This document shows, piece by piece, positions 17,968 through 26,971 of a DNA stretch of 35,537 nucleotides; the first letter of the stretch is position 1, and each line of letters opens with the position of its first letter. The stretch is from contig CAYGWT010000227.1 in the NCBI GenBank assembly GCA_964353625.1, forward strand, positions 1 to 35,537. The letters run 5' to 3'. Made by a program: the position numbers and the translations under genes. Source of the DNA: an uncultured Candidatus Bathyarchaeia archaeon. Its GTDB lineage: Archaea > Thermoproteota > Bathyarchaeia > 40CM-2-53-6. The notes below the pieces were generated by a model. The model searched no databases and was not told where the DNA came from. It saw only the letters and a list, made by a program, of their open reading frames with translations.

Positions 17968-18831
17968 ATGCGTGTCTCTCTTCCGGTGGTTCTGGTCGTT
18001 CTTGGTCTCGTTTGGAGTTTGCCGCTCATACCAGCCAGTTCAGGTGATCTGCTCTCAGGTTATGGAACAGCCACCGTCGACGGCGTGATCTCTCCGGGCG
18101 AGTACGATTCATGTATAGGGCCAATTGCTCAGGGCGGCTACTTGTTCACAATCTGTGAGACGAACGACCTAAACAACGACTACTACGCTGTGATGATAAG
18201 CGATCTGACAAACAATCCAGACGACTGGGCCGGTTTCTATTTCGACGACGACAACAATGGTGCGGTCGTCCCTTGTGGGGTCGGAAATGTGCCGCCGCCT
18301 GAGGAAGACCTGATGTTGGCTTTCGGGAGCGGAAGTCCGCCTTCTCCTGGACCGGACGGTCACTACTGTTACAATACCGCCGTCGGGGCACTGTATACGA
18401 CCAACGGCGAGGCTTCTATGAATGGTGGTGATGTCGTGAAGTTCACCGCCGGTATGGGGTATGTGTACGAGTGGTGGCATCCGCTCAGTTCTGGTGACTC
18501 GCGGGACTATAGCCTATCGCCAGGAAGTACGGTCGGATGGTGTTTCAATTATCTTGATCGAGCCTCGGGAGGCGGCAATCTGCAATATCCAGCGGGTTGC
18601 TACACCGCTGCACGCGCGGGCGATGCTTCGAAGTATGGGCTCGTTTTGAAGAAATCTCCCTCAACCATAATTCCAAGTACCACGGCCACTGCAACCAGCG
18701 GTACCACGACTAGTTCAACCACCGCGATGGGTCCGTCAACGGTTCCAGGCTTCCCAGTTGAATCCATCCTTGCAGGACTGTTAGGCGGCCTGATTGCGGT
18801 AACAGTGATTCGACGCAGGCGAAGACTATAA
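17968..18831 (+). CDS. Secreted cell-surface protein, CBM9/DOMON-like, with PGF-CTERM-like sorting signal
   Basis: Signal peptide; ATVDGVISPGEY; Thr/Ser-rich linker; VPGFP followed by a TM helix and RRRRR. Confidence 0.85.
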   Translation: MRVSLPVVLVVLGLVWSLPLIPASSGDLLSGYGTATVDGVISPGEYDSCIGPIAQGGYLFTICETNDLNNDYYAVMISDLTNNPDDWAGFYFDDDNNGAVVPCGVGNVPPPEEDLMLAFGSGSPPSPGPDGHYCYNTAVGALYTTNGEASMNGGDVVKFTAGMGYVYEWWHPLSSGDSRDYSLSPGSTVGWCFNYLDRASGGGNLQYPAGCYTAARAGDASKYGLVLKKSPSTIIPSTTATATSGTTTSSTTAMGPSTVPGFPVESILAGLLGGLIAVTVIRRRRRL

Positions 18832-18860
18832 TTGTCGTTGACTGTTGACGGTTCCGGCTG

Positions 18861-19052
18861 CTAGCAGCCTCCGCTCTCCCTTTCCTTTTCTTGTTCTTTT
18901 GCTATTGGCTCGATGTATTCGGCAAATTTCTGTTCGCTGTACCGTCGGGCTTCCTCTTGCTTCTAGAACAGTTCGCGGTATTCGTGGTTATAAGACCAAA
19001 GAGCAAGGTCGTTGATGGCCTTTCGAATAGGTATTTGCCGTTGCTGTGACAT
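18861..19052 (-). pseudogene. Small helical ORF interrupted by an in-frame TAG
   Basis: MSQQRQIPIRKAINDLALWSYNHEYRELF*KQEEARRYSEQKFAEYIEPIAKEQEKERESGGC*, TAG at 18963-18965. Starts about 25 nt after the fprA stop. Confidence 0.45.
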
Positions 19053-19077
19053 GAGTTGGCCTTCGCAAGCCGTCGGA

Positions 19078-20277
19078 TCAAGTCAGTCCTTTCAGCTTCT
19101 CGTCTATCCTGTCTGCCAGTTCAGTGACCTTGTCGAACTCAGCTTTCTTAGGCGGCCCTTTAACCTCGACTACGCCCAGCACCTCGATCTTCGTCCCTTC
19201 AAGGATGCCCTGGAGTGCCTTCACGGCACCTCCCGACCAGCCATACGAGGTGAGCACGGCTGCATACCTAGTCGGCGCTCTCAGTGCCTTGACCAGCATC
19301 GTTGCATATGCGGCGACCGGGTGTACTCCACCAAGCACCGCTGGTGCACCCACGACGACGACCGGCGTGTCGACGAGTTCCTTTGCGATGTGGCCGATCT
19401 CCGTGTTCGGTATGTCGAACAGCTGAACGGTGATGCCCTTCTTCACGAGCGCATCCCTGAGGGCCAGCACCATCTTCTCGGTGCTTCCCCACATCGAGAC
19501 ATAAACGATCATGACCTTCCTCTGGAACTTCTCGCTGGTCCATTTGGTGTACTCGTCTAGGATGATCTTCGGTTCTCTCCAGATCATGCCGTGTGAGGGC
19601 GCAATAATCTTCGGCCCGATCTTGTTGACCTTCTCGATCGCTGTCTGGCCAGGCTTCCTGAACGGCATCATGATCTCGGCAAAGTACATCTTTGCCATGT
19701 CGAGTGTGTTCTCGTTGCCATACTCGTCCGCGTAGAACTCGCCGACTGCCAAATGCGATCCGAAGAAATCGCAGGGGAACAGTATCTTGTCCTCCTCAAG
19801 GTACGTGAACATCGTTTCCGGCCAGTGCAGCCAAGGGGCGTCCACGAACTTCAACGTCTTGCCGCCGAGGTCTATCCTGGAACTCTCATCGACGACCATG
19901 ATCCTCTCCGCAGGTATGTCGAAGTACATCATCGCCGCCTCCTTACCCTTCACGCCGGCAACGAGCTTAGCATTCTTCGCAACCGCTAACACATCCCTAG
20001 CTGCGTTCGCGTGGTCTGGCTCCGCGTGGTTCATTACGACGTAGTCTACCTTAGATGGGTCGATGCGTTCTGATATCTTAGCCAAGAGCTCCTCCTCGAA
20101 CCCTGGATTTACAGTGTCGATCAGAGCGGTCTTCTTCGATCCTACGATCAGGTAGGCATTGTAGCTGGTGCCATGTGGGAGCGGTATCAGTCCGTCGAAC
20201 AGTCTTCGGTTATGGTGCTTCGCGCCTACCCAAAAGACGTTGGGAGCAATCTCCTTTGATCCCATTGGCAAGACCAT
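19078..20277 (-). CDS. fprA: Flavodiiron protein (A-type flavoprotein)
   Basis: GTSYNAYL, NHAEPDH, HWPE, DFFGSH, PSHG, flavodoxin motif SMWGST, SYGWSGG. Confidence 0.96.
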   Translation of the reverse strand: MVLPMGSKEIAPNVFWVGAKHHNRRLFDGLIPLPHGTSYNAYLIVGSKKTALIDTVNPGFEEELLAKISERIDPSKVDYVVMNHAEPDHANAARDVLAVAKNAKLVAGVKGKEAAMMYFDIPAERIMVVDESSRIDLGGKTLKFVDAPWLHWPETMFTYLEEDKILFPCDFFGSHLAVGEFYADEYGNENTLDMAKMYFAEIMMPFRKPGQTAIEKVNKIGPKIIAPSHGMIWREPKIILDEYTKWTSEKFQRKVMIVYVSMWGSTEKMVLALRDALVKKGITVQLFDIPNTEIGHIAKELVDTPVVVVGAPAVLGGVHPVAAYATMLVKALRAPTRYAAVLTSYGWSGGAVKALQGILEGTKIEVLGVVEVKGPPKKAEFDKVTELADRIDEKLKGLT

Positions 20278-20505
20278 GATCTAATTCTCCTCGGCCCGGA
20301 AATGGTTCAGTGGTAAATAGACCTGTCTCGTTCGTCAATTGAATTGTGAGCGAGAGATAGGCTCAATGACATGCCTTCGCTCTCATCACCGCTTTGCCTT
20401 GCGCTTTTGGCAACATTCGCGGCAGAGGTCAACGGCCCCTGAGGGTTTTGGGTCGGATAATTATGCCTGTCAACCTGCTTCAGTCGGTACTTGGCGCATG
20501 TCACT

Positions 20506-20634
20506 CTAGTGGTAGCCGAGTGCTTCGCCTGGGCGCCTAGCGCATTTCAAGCAGATTGTCGGGCCATCCCATGCCACCCGCCTATGACACCTTGTGCACC
20601 CTACAATCCGCTTAGGGTCCGGAGTTGAGGCCAT
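20506..20634 (-). CDS. Zinc-finger microprotein, 42 aa, not in the ORF track
   Basis: MASTPDPKRIVGCTRCHRRVAWDGPTICLKCARRPGEALGYH contains two CxxC motifs. Confidence 0.55.
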   Translation of the reverse strand: MASTPDPKRIVGCTRCHRRVAWDGPTICLKCARRPGEALGYH

Positions 20635-20683
20635 ACCAACATAAGATCCGGCCTTGGACTACAATCGAGAGAACGGGTGGATT

Positions 20684-20869
20684 TGGCTTAGCTGAGAGTC
20701 CTAACTGTAACAGATCAGAAACGAAAGAACCGAATCCAGCCGTTCCATGAGTCTCTTGTGTTGCGCGAAGATCATTGGTAGAAGCAATGGAGCTTCTTTG
20801 AGGGGGGAGGCGAGAACTCCCGCCGATGGGGCGTAGACTCTACATTGTGCAACTAAGTCATCGAATACG
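20684..20869 (-). pseudogene. Truncated paralog of the ORF at 33584-33841
   Basis: 20742-20869 aligns gap-free with 33616-33743 (106/128 identical by hand count). It translates as VFDDLVAQCRVYAPSAGVLASPLKEAPLLLPMIFAQHKRLME, with no intact N-terminus. Confidence 0.85.
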
Positions 20870-20942
20870 GTACGATCTCGGGCAACCCTTAAAGGATCTC
20901 CCCTGAAGCTTGTCTCGAGTCAGCTGAGACTGGTAGACTGGC

Positions 20943-22712
20943 GTGAGATACGAGCAACTTGCAGAGGTCTTCGAGGGAATCGAAGCCACCTCAAAGAGAC
21001 TGGAAATGACAGACCTCTTGGTCAAGCTGCTCAAAGAAACCCCGAAAGGTCTCTTAGACAAGGTCGTCTATCTGACTCAAGGAAAGCTCTATCCTGACTT
21101 TGTAGGCATTGAACTTGGAATGGCCGAGAAACTGGTTGAAAAGGCAATATCGTTCGCGTCCGGTCGGACAGAGGCTGAGATTGTATCCGTTTTCAATCGG
21201 ACCGGAGACTTGGGGTTGGCAGCGCAAGAGGCGCTGAAGAAACGATCACAATCAACGCTCATGAAGAAGGAACTTACCGTTGAAGCGGTGTACGGGACGT
21301 TCGACAAGATTGCTCACTCGACGGGAGATCGTTCAGTGGATGCGAAAGTCAAACTTCTGTCAAGTCTCCTAATTGATGCAAATCCTGTCGAAGCGAAATT
21401 CGTAGCTCGAATGGCTCTTGGCAAACTGCGAGTTGGAATCGCTGACATGACTATTCTGGATGCGCTTGCAATCGCCTACGCTGGAGGGAAAGAATTTCGA
21501 GAATCGTTTGAAAGAGCCTATAATCTGTCATCTGACTTGGGATACGTGGCAAAGATAGTGGCGACAAACGGAGTAGACGGTGTCAAGGACTTCAGGATAT
21601 CTGTCGGTCGTCCTGTAAGGCCAATGCTCTGCGAGCGTCTCTCTTCAGCCCAAGAAATCCTCACCAAACTGGGAGGCAAGGGATCAGCCGAATACAAGTA
21701 CGATGGCCTACGGATCCAAGCGCACATCTCCAAAACGAAGGTTCAGTTGTTCTCGAGACGATTGGAGAACATCACGAGTCAGTTCCCCGACGTGGCTGAG
21801 AGTCTGAGATCAGCGGTGTTGCCGCAGCTAGCAATCCTTGAAGGGGAATGCGTCGCAGTCGACACGAACACAGGCGACATGTTACCATTCCAAGTTGTAT
21901 CACAGAGGAGAGGACGAAAACACGAGATCGAAACAATGGCGAAGGAAGTGCCGGTAACCGTGTTCCTGTTTGATGTTCTCTACGATGACGGCCAAGATTT
22001 CACACTTACGCCTTACCCGCAACGGAGAATTGAACTCACTAAAATTGTTAGAGAGTCAGACCAGGTCCGCGTTGCGGAACAGCTGATGACTGAGGACGCC
22101 GAGGAGCTCGAACGCTATTTCGACAAAGCCGTTTCTATGGGATGCGAAGGCTTGGTCGTCAAGAGCACTCTTGAGGAATCAATCTATCAGGCAGGAGCTC
22201 GCGGTTGGCTATGGATCAAGTATAAGCGATCATACAAGGCGGAGGTAGCCGACACCTTCGACCTAGTCCCAGTTGGAGCATTTCACGGTAGAGGAAAGAG
22301 AGCAGGAACCTACGGTGCACTGCTGATGGCCGTATACGCCCCAGAGACCGACCAGTTCGAAACGATATCCAAACTCGGGAGCGGGTTCACAGACGAGGAC
22401 CTTGAGAAACTGCCCAAGATCCTCAGACAGGATATTCTCCCACATAAGCATCCGAGAGTGAGTTCAGAGATGAAAGCGGACCTATGGTTCACGCCGTCAA
22501 AGGTTCTTGAAGTCTCAGCAGACGAGATCACCCTCTCGCCGCTCCACACGTGCGCGTTAGGTTCGGTCAGGCCTGGTAGCGGACTGGCGCTCAGGTTCCC
22601 CAGATTCACAGGCAAATATAGAGACGACAAGTCCCCAGAGGATGCAACAACGGGCAAGGAAGCGCTTGAGATTTATCATAGGCAACTGAAGAAGATCGAA
22701 ACTGAGTCATAG
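20943..22712 (+). CDS. lig: ATP-dependent DNA ligase
   Basis: Motifs EYKYDGLRIQAH, EGECV, FDVLY, EGLVVK, WIKYK, LRFPRF. Confidence 0.99.
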   Translation: MRYEQLAEVFEGIEATSKRLEMTDLLVKLLKETPKGLLDKVVYLTQGKLYPDFVGIELGMAEKLVEKAISFASGRTEAEIVSVFNRTGDLGLAAQEALKKRSQSTLMKKELTVEAVYGTFDKIAHSTGDRSVDAKVKLLSSLLIDANPVEAKFVARMALGKLRVGIADMTILDALAIAYAGGKEFRESFERAYNLSSDLGYVAKIVATNGVDGVKDFRISVGRPVRPMLCERLSSAQEILTKLGGKGSAEYKYDGLRIQAHISKTKVQLFSRRLENITSQFPDVAESLRSAVLPQLAILEGECVAVDTNTGDMLPFQVVSQRRGRKHEIETMAKEVPVTVFLFDVLYDDGQDFTLTPYPQRRIELTKIVRESDQVRVAEQLMTEDAEELERYFDKAVSMGCEGLVVKSTLEESIYQAGARGWLWIKYKRSYKAEVADTFDLVPVGAFHGRGKRAGTYGALLMAVYAPETDQFETISKLGSGFTDEDLEKLPKILRQDILPHKHPRVSSEMKADLWFTPSKVLEVSADEITLSPLHTCALGSVRPGSGLALRFPRFTGKYRDDKSPEDATTGKEALEIYHRQLKKIETES

Positions 22713-22769
22713 TTACGTTTACACGCCATGGATAAATTTGCGCAGCTCCAAGTGTAGGGGTCTATCCAT

Positions 22770-23054
22770 TTGAAGATCGCTGTCAAGTATTCGATACCTT
22801 TTCGCGAGGACGTGGGCGTTAGAGAGGAGACGTATGAGATAGCACAGGAATCGACCACCGTTGCGGAAGTGCTTGATCTCGTAGTTGGCAGGCACTCATC
22901 CATGAGCAAATTTGTCGACAAAACCAGTGAGGAGTCGCAGAGACATCAACTTGTCATCGTTGTCAACTCTAGGCTTGCCAGATTGTCTGACGAGATTTAT
23001 GACGGAGACAGTGTCAGTGTCTTGCTACCCGTAATCGGAGGCTACAGGAAATGA
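22770..23054 (+). CDS. MoaD/ThiS/SAMP ubiquitin-like protein with residues after the GG motif
   Basis: Beta-grasp pattern TVAEVLD...IVVNSR...DGDSVSVLLPVIGG followed by YRK. ATGA overlap with aor. Confidence 0.88.
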   Translation: MKIAVKYSIPFREDVGVREETYEIAQESTTVAEVLDLVVGRHSSMSKFVDKTSEESQRHQLVIVVNSRLARLSDEIYDGDSVSVLLPVIGGYRK

Positions 23055-24910
23055 TAGGCTCGATTGGAGGATACGCGGGGCGGATACTGCATGTGGATCT
23101 GTCTGAGCGGAACCAACGTGTGGAAGCCCTCTCAGAAGGAGAAGCACGCACTTATGTCGGCGGCAGCGGTTTGGCAGCGAAACGTCTGTGGGAAATGACA
23201 AGTAGAGAGACGGACCCGCTAGGTCCGGAGAATGTTCTGATCTTCATGACGGGGCCCCTCACAGGATCAAAGGTTCCGCTTTCTGGGCGTCATGAAGTCG
23301 TAGCGAAATCCCCGCTTACGGGAATCTATGGAGAATGCGATGTTGGGGGAAAATGGGGTACCCAGCTGAAGAAAGCAGGCTTCGACGGAGTAATCATCAC
23401 AGGAAAGTCAGCTAAGCACATCTACATTTGGATCAGCGAAGGCGGGGTCGAGGTACGTGACGCTGAGCACATTTGGGGACTCGACACATACGAGGCAAGT
23501 GCAATCCTCAGGAAAGAAACTGATCCGAAGGCGATTGAGGCGTGCATCGGCCCAGCAGGTGAGCGGCTCGCAAGAATTGCTGCAGTAATGCATGATGGTA
23601 AAGACGGGAGAGCAGCGGGAAGGTGTGGGCTCGGAGCGGTCATGGGTTCAAAGAATCTCAAGGCTATCGTGGCAAGCGGTAGCAAAGAGGTTCCAGTGGT
23701 CGACGAGAAGAGTATCTCGGAGATAACAAAGAAGCTCGCGCCGGAGATTCATAAGGGTACGAAACGCCTTACCGATTATGGCACGAGCCAGTTGATGACG
23801 ACGGTTGAGGAGTTGGGTAGCCTGCCAATAAGGAACTGGAAGCAAGGCCGCTGGCGGGAGGGCGCCGAGAAACTGTCCGGAGTGACGATGGCTAAAACGA
23901 TTCTGAAAGGAAAGTACTTCTGTGGAGCTTGTATCGTGGGCTGCGGTCGGACTGTAGCAGTCGATCATGGTGAGTACGCCGGCATTGACGGAGCGGGCCC
24001 CGAGTACGAGAGCATGGCCTTGCTGGGTGCTAACACTCTCGTTTACGATCTGGAGGCTGTTGCGAAGGCACATGAACTCTGCAACAGGTATGGTATGGAC
24101 GTCATATCAACGGGGGCTGTCATCGGTTTCGCCTTGGAGGCAATCGAACGGGGGATCCTCAAGAGAGACCGAGACGAAGAGAATGACTTTGCCTGGGGAA
24201 ACGCCAAGGGTATCGTACGTATGGTCGAGAAGATCGGCCGCCGTGAAGGTTTGGGGTACCTGCTCGGCGAAGGAGTGATGCGTGCTTCGGCAAAGCTTGG
24301 AGGAGGCAGCGAAGCATTTGCTCTCCACGTGAAAGGGCTGGAACCTCCTGGGCATGATCCGCGTGCCTACAACAGTCTCGCCGTTGGATATGCGACAGGT
24401 AATCGCGGAGCATGCCATCTGCAGGGAATGTCTTACGCATTTGAGCGCTCCGCTACGATGCCAGAGCTTGGGATAAACGAGGTTCAAGACAGATTCGGAG
24501 TCATGAAGAAGGGAGAGTTGGTCGCAAAGACGCAAGATCTAATGTCGCTCTTCGACTCCCTAAAGCTCTGCAAATTTCTCATCTATGGAAGCGTGAAAGT
24601 GACCCACATACTAGAGTATCTCAACGCCGTTACAGGTTTGGGAACTACTCAGGCAGAGTTCCTGAGGGCAGGAGAGAGGATCTACAATCTGAAACGAATG
24701 TACGATGTCAGGTGCGGGATCACAAGAAAGGACGACACTGTGCCCGCTAGAATGCTTCGAGAGAAGCGCCTAGAGGGCGGAGCCGCAGAGAACCTGCCTC
24801 CATTTTCTGAGATACTCAACGAATACTACGGATACCGTGGCTGGGATCGGAACGGAATACCAACCAAAACGAAGCTGAGCGAACTAGGACTGGCGCATAT
24901 GGCTTCATAG
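23051..24910 (+). CDS. aor: Tungsten-containing aldehyde:ferredoxin oxidoreductase family
   Basis: KSPLTG, IGPAGE, AGRCGLGAVMGSKNLKA, CGACIVGC, GPEYES, HDPR, RGACH, DSLKLC. Confidence 0.96.
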   Translation: MIGSIGGYAGRILHVDLSERNQRVEALSEGEARTYVGGSGLAAKRLWEMTSRETDPLGPENVLIFMTGPLTGSKVPLSGRHEVVAKSPLTGIYGECDVGGKWGTQLKKAGFDGVIITGKSAKHIYIWISEGGVEVRDAEHIWGLDTYEASAILRKETDPKAIEACIGPAGERLARIAAVMHDGKDGRAAGRCGLGAVMGSKNLKAIVASGSKEVPVVDEKSISEITKKLAPEIHKGTKRLTDYGTSQLMTTVEELGSLPIRNWKQGRWREGAEKLSGVTMAKTILKGKYFCGACIVGCGRTVAVDHGEYAGIDGAGPEYESMALLGANTLVYDLEAVAKAHELCNRYGMDVISTGAVIGFALEAIERGILKRDRDEENDFAWGNAKGIVRMVEKIGRREGLGYLLGEGVMRASAKLGGGSEAFALHVKGLEPPGHDPRAYNSLAVGYATGNRGACHLQGMSYAFERSATMPELGINEVQDRFGVMKKGELVAKTQDLMSLFDSLKLCKFLIYGSVKVTHILEYLNAVTGLGTTQAEFLRAGERIYNLKRMYDVRCGITRKDDTVPARMLREKRLEGGAAENLPPFSEILNEYYGYRGWDRNGIPTKTKLSELGLAHMAS

Positions 24911-24964
24911 AAGTCCAATCGACTGATACTATCTCGCGGTAGACTGAATGGATGACTCGGCGAA

Positions 24965-25504
24965 CTAGGGCGGGTGGGGTTTTAGATTCTGTGCGAGCTC
25001 AAGTGCTTTCTCAACCGCTCTTCTTGGATCGGGCTCTGAGAGAATGCGGACGCTTTTGCGTTCATCCAAGTAAGTCTCTTTTATCTGGTCCGCCACGCCT
25101 CCACTTCCGTCAATAGCGATTACAGGTTTTGCCTTGATGTACGCAATACAGGTCTCGATTAGGGCACCCGCACCACCGGCGATGATGATCACGGCATCGG
25201 CGCTGTAGGCGGTTGCGAAGTCCCTAGCCCAGCCTATGCCTATCGCAATTACCACATCACAGTAGGAGTTGGCGTAATGCATATCATCATGAGGAATTAT
25301 GCCGACAGTTGTCCCATGATTATCCCTCGCACCTCTACAAGCCGCCTCCATGACTCCGCCTAGACCACCGGTTATGACCACGGCACCACGTCTGGCAGCT
25401 TCAGCGCCAACCTCGTAAGCCAATGCGCGTGCTTCCTCGGTGCAATGGTCTGCGGCAGAACCTATCACCAACAACTGAACTCTCCTGTCGGATTCTTTCA
25501 CCAA
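24965..25504 (-). CDS. TIGR00725/LOG-like Rossmann-fold protein
   Basis: TGGLGGVMEAACRGA, TVGIIP, AGGAGALIE, GSGGVAD. Confidence 0.9.
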   Translation of the reverse strand: MVKESDRRVQLLVIGSAADHCTEEARALAYEVGAEAARRGAVVITGGLGGVMEAACRGARDNHGTTVGIIPHDDMHYANSYCDVVIAIGIGWARDFATAYSADAVIIIAGGAGALIETCIAYIKAKPVIAIDGSGGVADQIKETYLDERKSVRILSEPDPRRAVEKALELAQNLKPHPP

Positions 25505-25593
25505 TCAGCAGCCTCTCCCTTTCCTATGATTCGCCAGAGTGCAATACGTTGGTTGCTGCTTCTCGCCCGATAATTCAGTAGTAGGTGAGTGTC

Positions 25594-25689
25594 TCACTTC
25601 GTGTTTCGGTATCCGTGCCGTTTGCCGTGTGGTCCATGAAGTGATCCATGTGGTCGGCGACGCGGTCTTGCTGATCTCTTCTTTGACAA
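25594..25689 (-). CDS. Possible basic His-Gly repeat micropeptide, 31 aa
   Basis: From TTG: MSKKRSARPRRRPHGSLHGPHGKRHGYRNTK, with four HG units. Confidence 0.3.
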   Translation of the reverse strand: MSKKRSARPRRRPHGSLHGPHGKRHGYRNTK

Positions 25690-26020
25690 GATGTACCGAA
25701 ACACTGCTACGATGCGTCCTACATTTTAGAGTTGCTCAATCACCTCAATCTAGCTTACGTGAAGACACGACGGCGTCATGGGCTAGGCAACGATATGCTG
25801 GCTTGCTATCGCTCTCGAATCTGATCATGAGTTCGAGCTTCAGATGCATACGGTCCTTGAGATGAGTTAACGGATTCATGTTAGAACGTGGGTTCGCCAG
25901 CAGTATTTCCGACAATGGGATCTGCAAGACAGAACTCGGTATCAGGTGAAAGAGAGTACACATCAGCCAGAATGGATAGATGTCACTATTGCATAACCCC
26001 CGCTGCCAGGACGTGCTTCG

Positions 26021-26458
26021 ATGCCTCGCCTTCTCATCCACGCCCTCATCGGGTTTCCTGTTTCATTCCTAGTCGCATACTTATCGGGGCCATTAGCCGG
26101 ACTGATCTTCTTCATATCAAGTCTTCTCGTGGACATCGATCATCTAGTTGGCCACTATATCATCACGAAGGATTGGACATGGAACGTTAGGAATGAATAT
26201 GTGAGTATGTCAAAGTGGTGGAAGAGAGTTTCCGTGCTCCCATCAGGCGAATTGGAACCAAAGTATCTTCACTGGCAATTCTTGCACAGAATCGAACTCT
26301 GGATTGTGGTCACCTATTTTGCGCCCAACCCATTGAGCATGATTGGCGTTGGGGCATTGAGCAATATCTTTCTAGACGTGATTGAGTTGCCCAAACGCAT
26401 CAAGTACATGACAGTGGCGACAGACATAGTGAGACTGGCTCTCAATTTCAGATCATAG
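26021..26458 (+). CDS. Membrane-bound metal-dependent hydrolase-like protein (YdjM-like)
   Basis: N-terminal His, TM helices, DIDH, FLH and late NxxxD where HxxxD is usual. Confidence 0.65.
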   Translation: MPRLLIHALIGFPVSFLVAYLSGPLAGLIFFISSLLVDIDHLVGHYIITKDWTWNVRNEYVSMSKWWKRVSVLPSGELEPKYLHWQFLHRIELWIVVTYFAPNPLSMIGVGALSNIFLDVIELPKRIKYMTVATDIVRLALNFRS

Positions 26459-26971
26459 AGATGTCTTGCTCGATGGGATCACTTGCGTTGAGACTCAGTT
26501 TGAGAGACTATGATGATCTTGCTGTGGAGACTCCCAAGCCTGCCTCTGCTGTTGCGTGGCATTCTTCGTGCTGTTCGCATAGCCCAGAGTAAATACCATA
26601 ATTATTCGAGTTGGTTTCGAGGAGCGCTTCTAAACATGATCTTGTCCCAAATACTAATGTCCATTCGCGCCGATATTCCATGTTGATCTTCTGGCCACGG
26701 AAAACCCGACAAGGCATTCGTGACAGAGCTCGTCCAGCGATGAGTGGGCGGAATAGTAGAGATAAACTAGCGTTTGATGACGCGTCCTTGCGGTATCCAT
26801 TTCACACACTAGTCGAACCGTGACTGAATCGGACCTTCTACCATCTCGAATTTCCCCTTGCACTTCAAGCCCGCTAGTGTTGGGTGAAGTTGAGTCGTCT
26901 GCGACGTCCATTCCCCATGTTTTCGGCATAGTTATGAGGATCAGTCTCTTGCTTGGAATTGATCGGAAGCG

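Noticed and set aside
20428-20475. GTCAAC motifs reminiscent of HEARO/omega RNA ends
   Set aside because: The two copies are direct rather than inverted, and there is no iscB, tnpB or tnpA nearby.
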